DNA of 64,000 bases from an uncultured bacterium (GTDB lineage Bacteria > Edwardsbacteria > AC1 > EtOH8), in the NCBI GenBank assembly GCA_963780225.1, contig CAWAAX010000016.1, positions 66,505-130,504 on the forward strand, read 5' to 3'. The number at the start of each line of letters is the position of its first letter. The first letter of the stretch is position 1. This document shows positions 18,676-28,414 of the stretch, piece by piece. A program made the translations under genes and the position numbers. Under the pieces are notes generated by a model. That model saw only the letters and a list, made by a program, of their open reading frames with translations. It was not told the origin of the DNA and searched no databases.

Positions 18676-21330
18676 ATGCCAAAATTCTACGATCCAAGAT
18701 CCATCGAGCCCAAGTGGCAGAAAAAGTGGGAGGAGGAGAAGACCTTTAAGGCCCCCGATTCCTCCGATAAACCGAAGTACTATGCTTTGGAGATGTTCCC
18801 CTACCCCTCGGCCTCCGGTCTGCACGTTGGGCATCTGAAGAACTACGTGCCTCTGGACGCCGTCTGCCGCTACAAGAGCATGAAGGGTTTCAGCGTGCTG
18901 CACCCCATGGGCTGGGACGCCTTCGGCCAGCCGGCCGAGAACGAGGCCATCAAGCGGGGCCGCAACCCCCGGGAGATGGTGCCGGAATACGCTGCCAATT
19001 ACAAGCAGACCCTTAAGCTGGCCGGATGCAGCTACGACTGGGACCGGGAGATAGATTCCAGCCGGCCCGAGTATTACAAGTGGACCCAATGGTTCTTCCT
19101 TTTGCTCTATAAGAAGGGATTAGCCTACCGCTCCACCGCGCCCATCAACTGGTGCCCCCAGTGCAAGACCGGTCTGGCCAACGAGGACGTGAAGGATGGA
19201 CGCTGCTGGCGCTGTGATGCGCTGGTCGAAAAACGCCCCATGCCCCAGTGGTTCTTCAAGATCACGGACTATGCCGACCGGCTGATAAATGATCTAGATT
19301 CACTGGACTGGTCCGAGGGCATGAAGGAGATGCAGAGGGACTGGATAGGGCGGAGCGAGGGGGCCACTGTAAAATTCCAAATCAAAAATCAAAAATCAAA
19401 AACTTGTCCTGAGAAAGGCAGCCCTGCCCAACAATCGAATGGATCAAGAATTCAGGTCTTTACCACCAGGCCGGACACCTTGTTCGGGGCCACCTTCATG
19501 GTCCTGGCGCCCGAGCACCCGATGGTCAAAGACATTACCACGCCCGAAAAGATGTCAGAAGTTGAGGCCTACATTAAAAAGGCCAAGGCCGAGACCGAGA
19601 TGGACCGGATGAATGCCGAGCGCACCAAGACCGGGGTCTTCACCGGAGCCTATGCCATAAATCCTGTCAACAACAAGGAAGTGCCGGTCTGGATCGCCGA
19701 TTACGTGATGATGGGCTACGGCACCGGAGCCATCATGTGCGTGCCGGGACACGATACCCGGGACTTTGAGTTCGCCAAAAAATTCAACCTGCCCGTCATT
19801 CAGGTGGTCAGCAGGGACGGCAAAGCCTATGAGCTGGCCCAGGCCGAGCCCGATGAGGGACTGGCGGTCAATTCCGGCAAATATGACGGGATGAAGACCG
19901 CGGACTTCAAGGCCGCCATCACCCAATGGCTGGAAGAACAGAAGATCGGTCAGCACAAGGTGAACTACCGTCTGCGTGACTGGCTGGTCTCACGGCAGAG
20001 ATACTGGGGCGCCCCCATACCCATCGTCCATTGTCCCAAGTGCGGTGATGTGCCGGTTCCCGAAGACCAGCTACCGGTGCTGCTGCCCGAGGTGGAGAAT
20101 TATAAGCCGTCCGGGACCGGGGAGTCGCCGCTGGCCGGCATCCCTGAATTCGTCAATACCAAATGTCCCAAATGCGGTGGTGCAGCCAAGCGGGAGACCG
20201 ACACCATGGCCGGCTCCGCCTGCTCATCCTGGTATTTCTTCCGGTTTGTAGACCCCAAAAACGACCAGGAATTCGCCGGTAAGGATAAGATCAAATACTG
20301 GATGCCCATAGACTTGTATTCCGGCGGGATCGAACACGCCCGGGGCCACCTGCTGTACGCCCGGTTCTGGACCAAGGTGCTTTATGACGCTGGTTACATC
20401 AGCTTTCAGGAGCCTTTCAAAATACTTAAGAACCAGGGATCCCTGCTGGCCCATACACCTGGAAGGAAGCCCAAAAGCTCGGAGGGAGCTGAAGACTCCG
20501 AGAAGATCCTGGACTGGATAGTGCTCAAGCCCGAGGACCTGGAGGGCTTTCCCCAGGACCAGATCGTCTGGCGCTGGGCCCGGATGTCAAAGTCCAAGGG
20601 CAACGTGGTGACACCGGAGGAGATCGCCCATAAGTACGGGGTGGACAGCCTGAGGATCTTTGAGATGTTCGTGGCCCCGTTCGAGGATGATGTCCAATGG
20701 TCGGAGGAAAGCATTAATGGCTCCTACCGCTTCCTTAACCGGACCTGGAAATGGCTGGACGCCGCCCTGCCGTATTATAAGAATAACTGGAGGGAGGCCC
20801 TGCCCAAGGAAATGACCGCGAGGGAGGCCCAGGTGCGCCGCAAGCTACATCAGACCATGAACAAGGTTGACGTCCATATCGCAGGCTTCCAGTTCAATAC
20901 CGCCATTGCCGCCCTGATGGAGCTTTTGAACGAGATTTACGACTACTGGCAGCCAGTGGAACAGGAGCGCAAGGGGCCGGCCAATGAGGCCATTTTGGCC
21001 GAGATCCTGGAAAACATGGTGCTGATGCTGGCTCCGTTCGCCCCGCATATGGCCGAGGAGCTATGGGAGGCTATCGGAGGCAAAGATACCATTTATAAGG
21101 CCCAATGGCCGTCTTTTGATGCTAACATAGCCAAGGATAACGAGATAACACTGGTGATTCAAGTTAATGGAAAGGTTCGCGAGAAGATGGTCATACAAGC
21201 TGGCTTAAGTGAAGATATTGTGAAGTCTAAAACATTGGAAAACAGTAAAATAGCAGAAATGGTTAAAGGTAAAGAGATACTTAAAGTATTGTTAATACAA
21301 GGTAAGTTAATAAATATAGTTATCAAGTGA
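18676..21330 (+). CDS. leuS: Leucine--tRNA ligase
   Basis: Class I aminoacyl-tRNA synthetase HIGH-box variant LHVGHLKNY. KMSKS-like loop RMSKSKGNVV. Length 884 aa. An in-frame AAATCA hexamer microsatellite lies at about 19377-19403. Confidence 0.95.
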   Translation: MPKFYDPRSIEPKWQKKWEEEKTFKAPDSSDKPKYYALEMFPYPSASGLHVGHLKNYVPLDAVCRYKSMKGFSVLHPMGWDAFGQPAENEAIKRGRNPREMVPEYAANYKQTLKLAGCSYDWDREIDSSRPEYYKWTQWFFLLLYKKGLAYRSTAPINWCPQCKTGLANEDVKDGRCWRCDALVEKRPMPQWFFKITDYADRLINDLDSLDWSEGMKEMQRDWIGRSEGATVKFQIKNQKSKTCPEKGSPAQQSNGSRIQVFTTRPDTLFGATFMVLAPEHPMVKDITTPEKMSEVEAYIKKAKAETEMDRMNAERTKTGVFTGAYAINPVNNKEVPVWIADYVMMGYGTGAIMCVPGHDTRDFEFAKKFNLPVIQVVSRDGKAYELAQAEPDEGLAVNSGKYDGMKTADFKAAITQWLEEQKIGQHKVNYRLRDWLVSRQRYWGAPIPIVHCPKCGDVPVPEDQLPVLLPEVENYKPSGTGESPLAGIPEFVNTKCPKCGGAAKRETDTMAGSACSSWYFFRFVDPKNDQEFAGKDKIKYWMPIDLYSGGIEHARGHLLYARFWTKVLYDAGYISFQEPFKILKNQGSLLAHTPGRKPKSSEGAEDSEKILDWIVLKPEDLEGFPQDQIVWRWARMSKSKGNVVTPEEIAHKYGVDSLRIFEMFVAPFEDDVQWSEESINGSYRFLNRTWKWLDAALPYYKNNWREALPKEMTAREAQVRRKLHQTMNKVDVHIAGFQFNTAIAALMELLNEIYDYWQPVEQERKGPANEAILAEILENMVLMLAPFAPHMAEELWEAIGGKDTIYKAQWPSFDANIAKDNEITLVIQVNGKVREKMVIQAGLSEDIVKSKTLENSKIAEMVKGKEILKVLLIQGKLINIVIK

Positions 21331-21335
21331 TTAAC

Positions 21336-21366
21336 GAAAAAGCCCTCAATAATGAGGGCTTTTTTA
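21336..21366. terminator. Bidirectional Rho-independent terminator between leuS and the convergent methyltransferase gene
   Basis: AAAAAGCCCTCA-ATAA-TGAGGGCTTTTTT. Both strands carry a U-tract. Confidence 0.65.
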
Positions 21367-21975
21367 CTTTAGTACTTTCTGGTATAAACCTCGCCAAACT
21401 AGATAATCATTGCTACCGGTGCAGCCAATATCGTGATACTTGATAATTTCCAGGCATTTAAGGCCATAAGCTTCAAAGTTGGTCATTTCCCTGGTAAACA
21501 GCCGGACATGGGGCAAACCGGCCGTAGGATCACCGGCCAGCACTGCTAATATGAGCAGGCCATGGTCCCTAAGCACCCGGGAAGCCTCGGAAAGGACCTT
21601 TGCCACGGCCTGGTCACAATCCGGAGGCAGGAACTCGTGCAGCAGCCCAAAACAGTAGATCCCGTCAAAGCAGGCATTTGTGAACGGCAAGGCCAGTGCA
21701 TTGCCCTGGATAAGGCGGCATTTGCCGGCTTGGCCAGCTGGAACCAGGCTTTGTGCTTTGACAAGGCCGGTATAAGCCGAGTCTATGGAAAAGACATTTA
21801 AGCCATGAGACGCCAGATAAAAAGAATCCCGGCCCACGCCGCAGCCCAGATCAAGGATGGAACTGCAATCGTGTTTCCGGAAATTTGAGGTGGCGTACTC
21901 GGAGCATAAGGACCGGGGAGCGGAGAGAACCCGGGGATCTTCAGCGTAAAAGCCTGTCCATCTATTCATATTCAT
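21364..21975 (-). CDS. Class I SAM-dependent methyltransferase
   Basis: Motif I LDLGCGVGRD. Length 203 aa. Confidence 0.8.
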   Translation of the reverse strand: MNMNRWTGFYAEDPRVLSAPRSLCSEYATSNFRKHDCSSILDLGCGVGRDSFYLASHGLNVFSIDSAYTGLVKAQSLVPAGQAGKCRLIQGNALALPFTNACFDGIYCFGLLHEFLPPDCDQAVAKVLSEASRVLRDHGLLILAVLAGDPTAGLPHVRLFTREMTNFEAYGLKCLEIIKYHDIGCTGSNDYLVWRGLYQKVLK

Positions 21976-22214
21976 AGTTTACATAATATTTATTATGGGA
22001 CAGTTAAAGGTTTGAAAACAACAATATTTGGCTGTTTACTAGGCTTATAACCGACTCTGTTTGTGGTGTTTAAGCCTTCTCCGTGGCTCGCTATTGGCCT
22101 TTGATTTAGACAAACAAAAGTTTTTAATACTGTGACGAATGACTAGCCTGTTATGAAAAAGATATTTAAACAGATTTTGCCTTGAAGATCCTCCCCTAAT
22201 CTGTAAAAAAGCAA

Positions 22215-22703
22215 TTACTGGTTTACTTGCTCAACTTCTTTTTTCTTTAAGTAAGCTAGTCTATATATCAGAGAGCCATCAAGTAAAAGATAAATGCCAA
22301 AGATAGGTTTAATTAGATAGTATAGCACCATGAATAATGTAATTTTTCTATATAATATTGCAGATATACCTGCTATTACTTGTGGTATTGATGAGATAAT
22401 AGCGAATAAACCGGCAATCTTAATCCAAAATATAAAGCTTTCCTTTCCATAACTTAGGTTTATTGTCTGAGGGATTTCATTCTGGGTATTTTTGAATAAA
22501 ACTTGCGTGATTTTATCCGAATATTTGATAAGGATAAACGACATTAAAGCAAAGATTAGAAGTTGAATTGTTTGTAAAATAGCAATGTCTTGTAATTGTA
22601 CGACAATCATATTAGTAATTGATGGCAATAGTGACACAGCAAATAGAAATGCTATTACACCTGCAACTTTCAATAAAACGTTAGCAAAGTCAATTTTATT
22701 CAT
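22215..22703 (-). CDS. Hypothetical small integral membrane protein (about 4 TM helices), AT-rich island gene B
   Basis: Hydrophobic helices throughout. Local GC is about 30% against about 55% in the flanks. Confidence 0.5.
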   Translation of the reverse strand: MNKIDFANVLLKVAGVIAFLFAVSLLPSITNMIVVQLQDIAILQTIQLLIFALMSFILIKYSDKITQVLFKNTQNEIPQTINLSYGKESFIFWIKIAGLFAIISSIPQVIAGISAILYRKITLFMVLYYLIKPIFGIYLLLDGSLIYRLAYLKKKEVEQVNQ

Positions 22704-22781
22704 TGGTGGACTCCTTCTTAACTGTTAATAAAGTATCTAAAACCATAGGGCCAAAACGGGGGTTATCCACAGGGGTATGTC

Positions 22782-23363
22782 TTAAAACATTCCGCGTCTT
22801 TTTTTAAAAAGTCTTTTGATATTATCTCTTATAAAAGTTGCGCTTGCTGTTCTGAATTTATCATTTTCATCAAAGTATGTTTTGCTATTCATCCATGCTG
22901 CTATCTGAGGATTCATAAATTCAATTATTTCTTTTTTTAACATTTGTTTATTCATTTCATCAACAAGCTGTGCTGAACTCATATCCAATAACATTTTTAA
23001 ATTCTTTTCTGAGGCATTTATACATCTACAAATAAAGTTAGCCATATCTTCATTCAGGCTTTTTGCTACAGGATTCATTTCAGTACCTTGTGAAACATTT
23101 ATTTCTGGCATTTCCGATTTACTTCTGCGTGTAGACACACGATATATTATATATACAATTAGTGAAATAACAATAAATATCCAAAGCGGTATAGGATAAG
23201 TTAGTATCTTTGTTAAGGTAGATATAAAAGTTATTTTAAGGAATAATACAGAAACTAGTTTTATTATAAGGCCAAGCAGTGAAGCAACAAGCACTATTGC
23301 TTTAATCCACCACTCGTTTTTATGCCATATTGTTTTAATACACATTGAAATGCTCCTTGACAA
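22782..23363 (-). CDS. Hypothetical membrane-anchored protein (two N-terminal TM helices plus a soluble helical domain), AT-rich island gene A
   Basis: N-terminal TM helices then a charged helical C-terminal domain. No recognisable family motif. Low GC. Confidence 0.5.
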   Translation of the reverse strand: MSRSISMCIKTIWHKNEWWIKAIVLVASLLGLIIKLVSVLFLKITFISTLTKILTYPIPLWIFIVISLIVYIIYRVSTRRSKSEMPEINVSQGTEMNPVAKSLNEDMANFICRCINASEKNLKMLLDMSSAQLVDEMNKQMLKKEIIEFMNPQIAAWMNSKTYFDENDKFRTASATFIRDNIKRLFKKRRGMF

Positions 23364-23385
23364 ATTGTTTTAAATATATGGATGA

Positions 23386-24015
23386 TCACTCTAACACTTT
23401 AACTTCCGCCACCACCGGCGGCAGCCTAAAATTCTTACTTCCTTCATACCAACTGGTATTCTTAGCCAACTTGACCTTTATCTGCAGCAATGCCACATTG
23501 TACAATTCCGTTCCTTCTATGATCTCATTATCATCCAGGTCAACCTCCTTCAACCACAGCTCCGGGGCCATGGACATGGCTTCCATCTTCTTGGGCATGT
23601 AAAGGAACTGGCACTCGGTCACCTTTACCCCGGCCGGGAATTGCCGGGCACCGCCCAGGTAAAGCATGCTGTCAGCCCGGTCCCAGACCACCGCCACAGA
23701 ATCCCCGTTATGCAGGATAAAGGTAAAACTGGCCGGCGTGCCGCCTATCCATCCAAAGGCCGACGATATCTGGGTATCCAGGCGCTTGAAAACAGCTTCT
23801 GATTCCCGGCCCAGCATGATGTTGGTCTGCTGTTTCTGCACCGAGCGGTTGAAATTGACTATGAAACTGATGATCGTGCCCACCACGATGGAAAACACCA
23901 CCAGCGCTATCACCATTTCTATCAGGCTGAAAGCCCGGATCGAAGATCCTTTTGGATTAATTTTAGGATAAAGCATATTTCGCATTATTATTACTTCGGC
24001 AATTAAATATATCAA
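23386..24015 (-). CDS. Prepilin-type N-terminal cleavage/methylation domain protein (pseudopilin / type IV pilin-like). The start is probably at the internal Met (23985).
   Basis: Motif GSSIRAFSLIEMVIALVVFSIVVG matches the class III signal-peptide/pilin N-terminus. Confidence 0.65.
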   Translation of the reverse strand: MIYLIAEVIIMRNMLYPKINPKGSSIRAFSLIEMVIALVVFSIVVGTIISFIVNFNRSVQKQQTNIMLGRESEAVFKRLDTQISSAFGWIGGTPASFTFILHNGDSVAVVWDRADSMLYLGGARQFPAGVKVTECQFLYMPKKMEAMSMAPELWLKEVDLDDNEIIEGTELYNVALLQIKVKLAKNTSWYEGSKNFRLPPVVAEVKVLE

Positions 24016-24170
24016 TGGTCATCCTGAGAATGGCAACGAGCCTGACTAACTGAAGGATAAATAAACCGATTATCCCTCAATTTGTTCGGCAAGGAGGTGT
24101 CTCGGGATGACAGTTAGAAACAATATGATTGCGCTATTTAATTGCCGGTCTAATAGTTTGCACTCGTTCC

Positions 24171-26309
24171 TCAGGCCCCCCAGTTATTGGCCCCGAACTC
24201 GCCATCGGGCACTTTAAATGTTATCGGGCTTCTTATGGGATGCCGTTCAACTGTCAGGCTGTTCTGGACCAACGCGACATAAAAGCTGATCGTGTCTCCC
24301 GGCTTCGCTCCAATAACGGTGAACGGCAATTTTATCTCGATGATCTTTCCATAGGCTGAACTTACAGCGGCCTCGTTCTCCATTGCGCCGGGTTTCACCG
24401 GGATAGTCCTGGCCGGCTGGCCCTGGAATTCCAGGTTTATGGTCAGGGCTTGGATCTCGTTGACATCGGTCTTTTCATGGGGGTCAAGCCGTAGGTACAG
24501 GTTCCCCTGGTCATAGCCGAAATGGACCACTTCCAGCAGGCTTTGGCCCCGGTGCATGGTCCCGCCATCCTGCCTGATGTTGTAAGACCCGGCTCCCGCC
24601 CACTCGTAGAAATCGCTGACCCGGCCGTCTATCTTCGGGGCGATCAGGTCTATGGGCTGGTTGATCAGGACATCCAGATCCTTCCCCAGGGAAATGGGGC
24701 TGAACAGTTCGCGGGGGGCTTCAAGATTGAGCAGTTGATATATCCGCTGAAGGTGGCTGCGGAACAGGCTGTCAAAATCCTCCAGGTTCTCGCTGGAGAA
24801 GTTTCCGCCGTACCACCAGCACCAGTCGCTGCCCTCGGCTATCTGCAGTTCTTTTGTGATCTCCGGCATAACAGCCGGTGCTATGGAGTCCTTCTGTCGG
24901 TCTATGGCCTGGCGGGCCGCCAGCAGCAGGTTCCAGGCCCGGTTGTCCTCCTCCTGGCCTATCCAGATGGAGAAGTCGTGGTTGATCCAGGAGCCTGGGA
25001 ATATCCTGCTCATTTTGCCCGGTTCCGGGCTCTGCTCCAGGTACTGGCTGAAGGTGCAGCAGTTAAGCTTGGGGCTTTGGGCCAACTGCTGGTACAACTG
25101 ATCCAGGAATATCTGCCCGTCCTGGGGAAAGGCCTCCCAGGCATTCTCGCCGTCCAATATCACCGGAACGATGTGGGCCGCGGCCCTGCTGCCCAGCGCA
25201 TCCGCTTTCCTCTCCAGCCGTCCCACCAGGTCCCGGGCCGCAGCCTGGCCGTCCCATCCGTAATAGGCGAAGCCTATCAGGTCGGAAAGCTGCTGGTCGC
25301 GGAAGAATAACCGGATAGTGTCCGCCTGATCCCAAATGTGGGAACGGTAAAACTGGCCCGCTTCGCCGGGATCCTCCCGGTTGCGGCCGGCCTTGCCCAG
25401 GCTTTGCTCCCATATCTTCTCATCGCTGGCCATCCATTTCACCCCGGCCTGCCGGATCAGCTCCACCGTCTTTTCGCTGATGCTGCCTTCGGAAGGCCAC
25501 ATCCCGCTGGGCCGCCGTCCCAACAATTTTTCCATGTAATCAAGCCCGCTTGCTATCTGGGCCTGGGCATCCCCGGGATAACTGAACCTTTGCGGTAGGG
25601 GCGCCCCCGGCATGCATTCCCGGGCGGTTTGGGTGTCGCACAGCAAGGGTAAAATGGGGTGATAGAACGGCGAGGTGGCAATCTCGATGGCCTTCTGGTC
25701 CCAGGCCTTTTTATAGGCCGGAATTATGGACCTTAAAATATCCATCTGCTGGCTTAAAAGACCGTCCTTGTCTTCCATCGTAAAATTCTTTGCCTTGGCT
25801 TTAAGCTTGGCCAGCTCCGGCCTTTCCTTAAAATGCAGGGGATCTATCCAGCAGAGGTTGAACCAGACCATCAGGTCCAGCATGTCCTGATCGCTGAAAT
25901 GCTGGCCGATCTTGGGCAGGGCCGAAGGATGAAAATGCCTCCCTCTTTTCTCCAGCAGGGCCAGATACCGGGGATAAGGCTCCACCATGTTGGGCCAGTG
26001 GGCCATGAAAAAATCCTTGAGGATGAAACTGCGTTCTTCTTCGCTCAGATCCGAAGGATGTTTTTGGGAAACAATGAAATGCCTGTCGGTGGCCCGCCCT
26101 TCGGCGTAATCCTGCAGCTGTTCCAGCAGTCCGGGAACCAGGTTGAATGATACCTTGACCTCGGGATGTTTCAGGGAGTTGGACAGCATGTCGTAATAGT
26201 CCTTCAGCCCGTGCAGACGCACCCAGGGCAGGCGAAAAACCCTGCTATCGGGGATGCGATAACAGGGTTGATGCATATGCCATAAAAAGGCTACATTAAG
26301 CTTTGACAT
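24171..26309 (-). CDS. Glycoside hydrolase family 57 protein (alpha-amylase/4-alpha-glucanotransferase-like). Start reassigned to MSKLN at 26309.
   Basis: N-terminus MSKLNVAFLWHMHQPCYR, an HQP motif. The upstream gene stops at 26326, so the 45-aa N-terminal extension in the ORF track is unlikely to be translated. Confidence 0.75.
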   Translation of the reverse strand: MSKLNVAFLWHMHQPCYRIPDSRVFRLPWVRLHGLKDYYDMLSNSLKHPEVKVSFNLVPGLLEQLQDYAEGRATDRHFIVSQKHPSDLSEEERSFILKDFFMAHWPNMVEPYPRYLALLEKRGRHFHPSALPKIGQHFSDQDMLDLMVWFNLCWIDPLHFKERPELAKLKAKAKNFTMEDKDGLLSQQMDILRSIIPAYKKAWDQKAIEIATSPFYHPILPLLCDTQTARECMPGAPLPQRFSYPGDAQAQIASGLDYMEKLLGRRPSGMWPSEGSISEKTVELIRQAGVKWMASDEKIWEQSLGKAGRNREDPGEAGQFYRSHIWDQADTIRLFFRDQQLSDLIGFAYYGWDGQAAARDLVGRLERKADALGSRAAAHIVPVILDGENAWEAFPQDGQIFLDQLYQQLAQSPKLNCCTFSQYLEQSPEPGKMSRIFPGSWINHDFSIWIGQEEDNRAWNLLLAARQAIDRQKDSIAPAVMPEITKELQIAEGSDWCWWYGGNFSSENLEDFDSLFRSHLQRIYQLLNLEAPRELFSPISLGKDLDVLINQPIDLIAPKIDGRVSDFYEWAGAGSYNIRQDGGTMHRGQSLLEVVHFGYDQGNLYLRLDPHEKTDVNEIQALTINLEFQGQPARTIPVKPGAMENEAAVSSAYGKIIEIKLPFTVIGAKPGDTISFYVALVQNSLTVERHPIRSPITFKVPDGEFGANNWGA

Positions 26310-26325
26310 ATAATTTCCGTATTGA

Positions 26326-26994
26326 TCAGCCGGGAAGCTGCGCCAGTTGCGATTTGGCTTCGGCGGCGGCGGCAGTGCCGGAATAGTCCTTGATGATCTG
26401 TTGATAGGCCGCTTTGGCCTTGTCGGCCAGGTTACCGGCGGCAAAACAGCGCCCGGCCGAGATCAGGGCGTTGGTGGCCAGGTACTGGTCTTTGGGATAC
26501 TTCTTGGCGATCTCCAGGTACTTCTCTCCAGCCTCGGGCAAACGTCCGGTCTGCTCAAAGCAGGCGGCCAGACCGCTGATGGCGGCCGACATGATCAAGG
26601 GATTGGAACTTCCGGCCTTTATTGCCCGATCGTAGCTTTTGATGGCCTCTTCGTACTTGCGCTGGTTAAAATTGATGTTGCCAAGGTAGACCAGCGCCTC
26701 TTTGGCGGATGAACTGGAGCCGTGCTTGCTGACGATCTCTTCGTAGGCGATCTGGGCGTTGGGCATGTCGCCGCTGAAATAGGCGGAGTGGGCCATGCCT
26801 ATCATCAGGGCAGCCTCTTTTTCGCTTTTGGCCCGGTTCTGCCCCATTAGTATCAATCCGGCAATTATGACTAAAATTGCCGCAGCTACCGCCATGGATT
26901 CAGTGGTATGCTTGCGGACAAAAGTAACCATCTTGATGGCATCATCGGCAAATTCATCGCGCTTTAATGTATGTTTGCTTATCTGGTGAGACAC
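26326..26994 (-). CDS. Membrane-anchored TPR protein (YfgM/YbgF-like)
   Basis: N-terminal TM helix followed by TPR repeats. Length 222 aa. Confidence 0.65.
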   Translation of the reverse strand: MSHQISKHTLKRDEFADDAIKMVTFVRKHTTESMAVAAAILVIIAGLILMGQNRAKSEKEAALMIGMAHSAYFSGDMPNAQIAYEEIVSKHGSSSSAKEALVYLGNINFNQRKYEEAIKSYDRAIKAGSSNPLIMSAAISGLAACFEQTGRLPEAGEKYLEIAKKYPKDQYLATNALISAGRCFAAGNLADKAKAAYQQIIKDYSGTAAAAEAKSQLAQLPG

Positions 26995-27289
26995 TTGGTG
27001 CTCCTTAAGAATTATTCATTTATGCTGGTATGGTTCAATTATATCTGAAACGACCGGCACTGTCAAGCCGGTTTTTCGTCAGGCTGCTGGTTACAGGTGC
27101 CTCTGAAACAATGTAAATGCCTATCTAGCTTTCTCAGGAATAGTGAAAAAAAAGATAGTGGTTATGGCTCAAAACGTTATTTTAACCCGATTATGTTCTT
27201 TTCTTTTTGTACCGCCCCTTCGTTTGTAAGTCAGGTTTGCTTAGCTCAGGGCAGGCTCCAAAAAGAACCAAAAAGTCTTTCGCTTAAAA

Positions 27290-27405
27290 ACTTGTGGTGA
27301 GCGGCGTCGAACCACTCTCCGAGCGCTGCGCTTCTCGTTGCTGACGGGCTTGTCTGAACTCGGGCTTTGGCCAAGCCCTCAAACACGCCAGACAAGCTTT
27401 TTCCG
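27290..27405 (+). ncRNA. Candidate small structured RNA ending in a Rho-independent terminator
   Basis: Hairpin GTGGTGAGCGGCGTCGAACCAC. Nested hairpin GCTTGTCTG...GGGCTTTGGCCAAGCCC...CAGACAAGC followed by TTTTT. No protein-coding frame on this strand. Confidence 0.25.
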
Positions 27406-27526
27406 CCATCAACTGCGATGCTCACTGATCGTTTTAACGCGACAACTGGGCTGGTGTCTATTGTTCTACAAGTCTCATTAGCTAATTAGATAAGCATTAC
27501 AATATATATCCCTGCTCTAGTCAAGA

Positions 27527-28414
27527 TTAAAAACTCATTCCCAGGGACAAGGCCTGGGCCGTACCCAATGCCCCACACCAGCGGTAGCCGTATTCCACGG
27601 AATAATCCTGCTTTCCGATCTGCCTGAAGCAAACTCCCACCCCCAGCTTTGACCGTTCCGGCTTGGTATCATCCCCGTCGTAACCCAGTCGAATGGTAAA
27701 GGATTTTAGCGGGCTGTACTCCAATCCCAGCAACGGATGCCATTTTTGGTCTTCGGCCGCATTAAGCTGCATACTTGCCTCCAACCGGTCTTTCAAAAAT
27801 GTCCTGCTGACGCCGGCCGTAAATGTTTTTACCAGATTGTATTTCAGGGAATCGTTGACCGGATAACGAGGACCAATATCCCTAAGCTGCAAGTTGGCTG
27901 TTAATGATCCGAATACATAGCTTACCGCCAGGTCGGTGCACCAGCTGTAATCCTTGTTGCTACCGATGGCGGATACCGCGCCCTTGAGGTTGATGCCGCC
28001 GCTAAGGCCTCCGTAGAGCCTGCGGCCAAAGCCCAACAGGACGGACACTGACTGGGGTTCGATGGTTCCCAACCGGCCGCCCAGGCGGTCATAAGTGTCC
28101 AGCTGTCCGTAATTCCAATAGCTGATCCCGGCGGCGGCCGCTCCCGCTTGGGCCACGGGAAATACTCCGCCGACCGATCCGCCGTAAATATCCATCGGCC
28201 AAAGAACGCAGGAACTGCTTACCCCCTTCCATTTGACGCCCGCCAGCAATGCCGGATTCAACGAAAGGCCCTGGGGCTCGGATGTCAGTTCAAGCACGGC
28301 GCTGGAAAGGGCGATCTCAGCCGGCGAGGCCGGCTGGTTCCAGGGCATCACCCCGCAAGGAGCAGAAGAAACCAGCCCCGACAGCAAGACAGTAAAAAGA
28401 ATGGCTGATCTCAT
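27527..28414 (-). CDS. Outer-membrane beta-barrel protein (PorP/SprF-like partner of the adjacent T9SS-CTD protein). Start reassigned to MRSAILF.
   Basis: Signal peptide MRSAILFTVLLSGLVSSAP. Alternating amphipathic beta-strands. C-terminal Phe. Confidence 0.55.
   Translation of the reverse strand: MRSAILFTVLLSGLVSSAPCGVMPWNQPASPAEIALSSAVLELTSEPQGLSLNPALLAGVKWKGVSSSCVLWPMDIYGGSVGGVFPVAQAGAAAAGISYWNYGQLDTYDRLGGRLGTIEPQSVSVLLGFGRRLYGGLSGGINLKGAVSAIGSNKDYSWCTDLAVSYVFGSLTANLQLRDIGPRYPVNDSLKYNLVKTFTAGVSRTFLKDRLEASMQLNAAEDQKWHPLLGLEYSPLKSFTIRLGYDGDDTKPERSKLGVGVCFRQIGKQDYSVEYGYRWCGALGTAQALSLGMSF

Noticed and set aside
24522-25310. 262-aa plus-strand ORF inside the GH57 gene
   Set aside because: Antisense to the GH57 CDS. 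Repetitive Ala/Gly/Pro-rich composition.
26310-26444. 45-codon N-terminal extension of the GH57 ORF (MPPVTWPTRPKRP...)
   Set aside because: It would overlap the upstream TPR gene, which stops at 26326, by over 100 nt. It is Pro/Arg-rich. The internal MSKLNVAFLWHMHQP start gives a canonical GH57 N-terminus.
27000-27527. RNase P RNA, tmRNA or SRP RNA in the large bacterial intergenic regions
   Set aside because: None of the universal motifs were found (GAAAGTCC and P4 for RNase P, the tRNA-like 3' end plus tag ORF for tmRNA, the domain IV GGAA/AGCAG for SRP). Only a generic hairpin-terminator sRNA candidate is reported.
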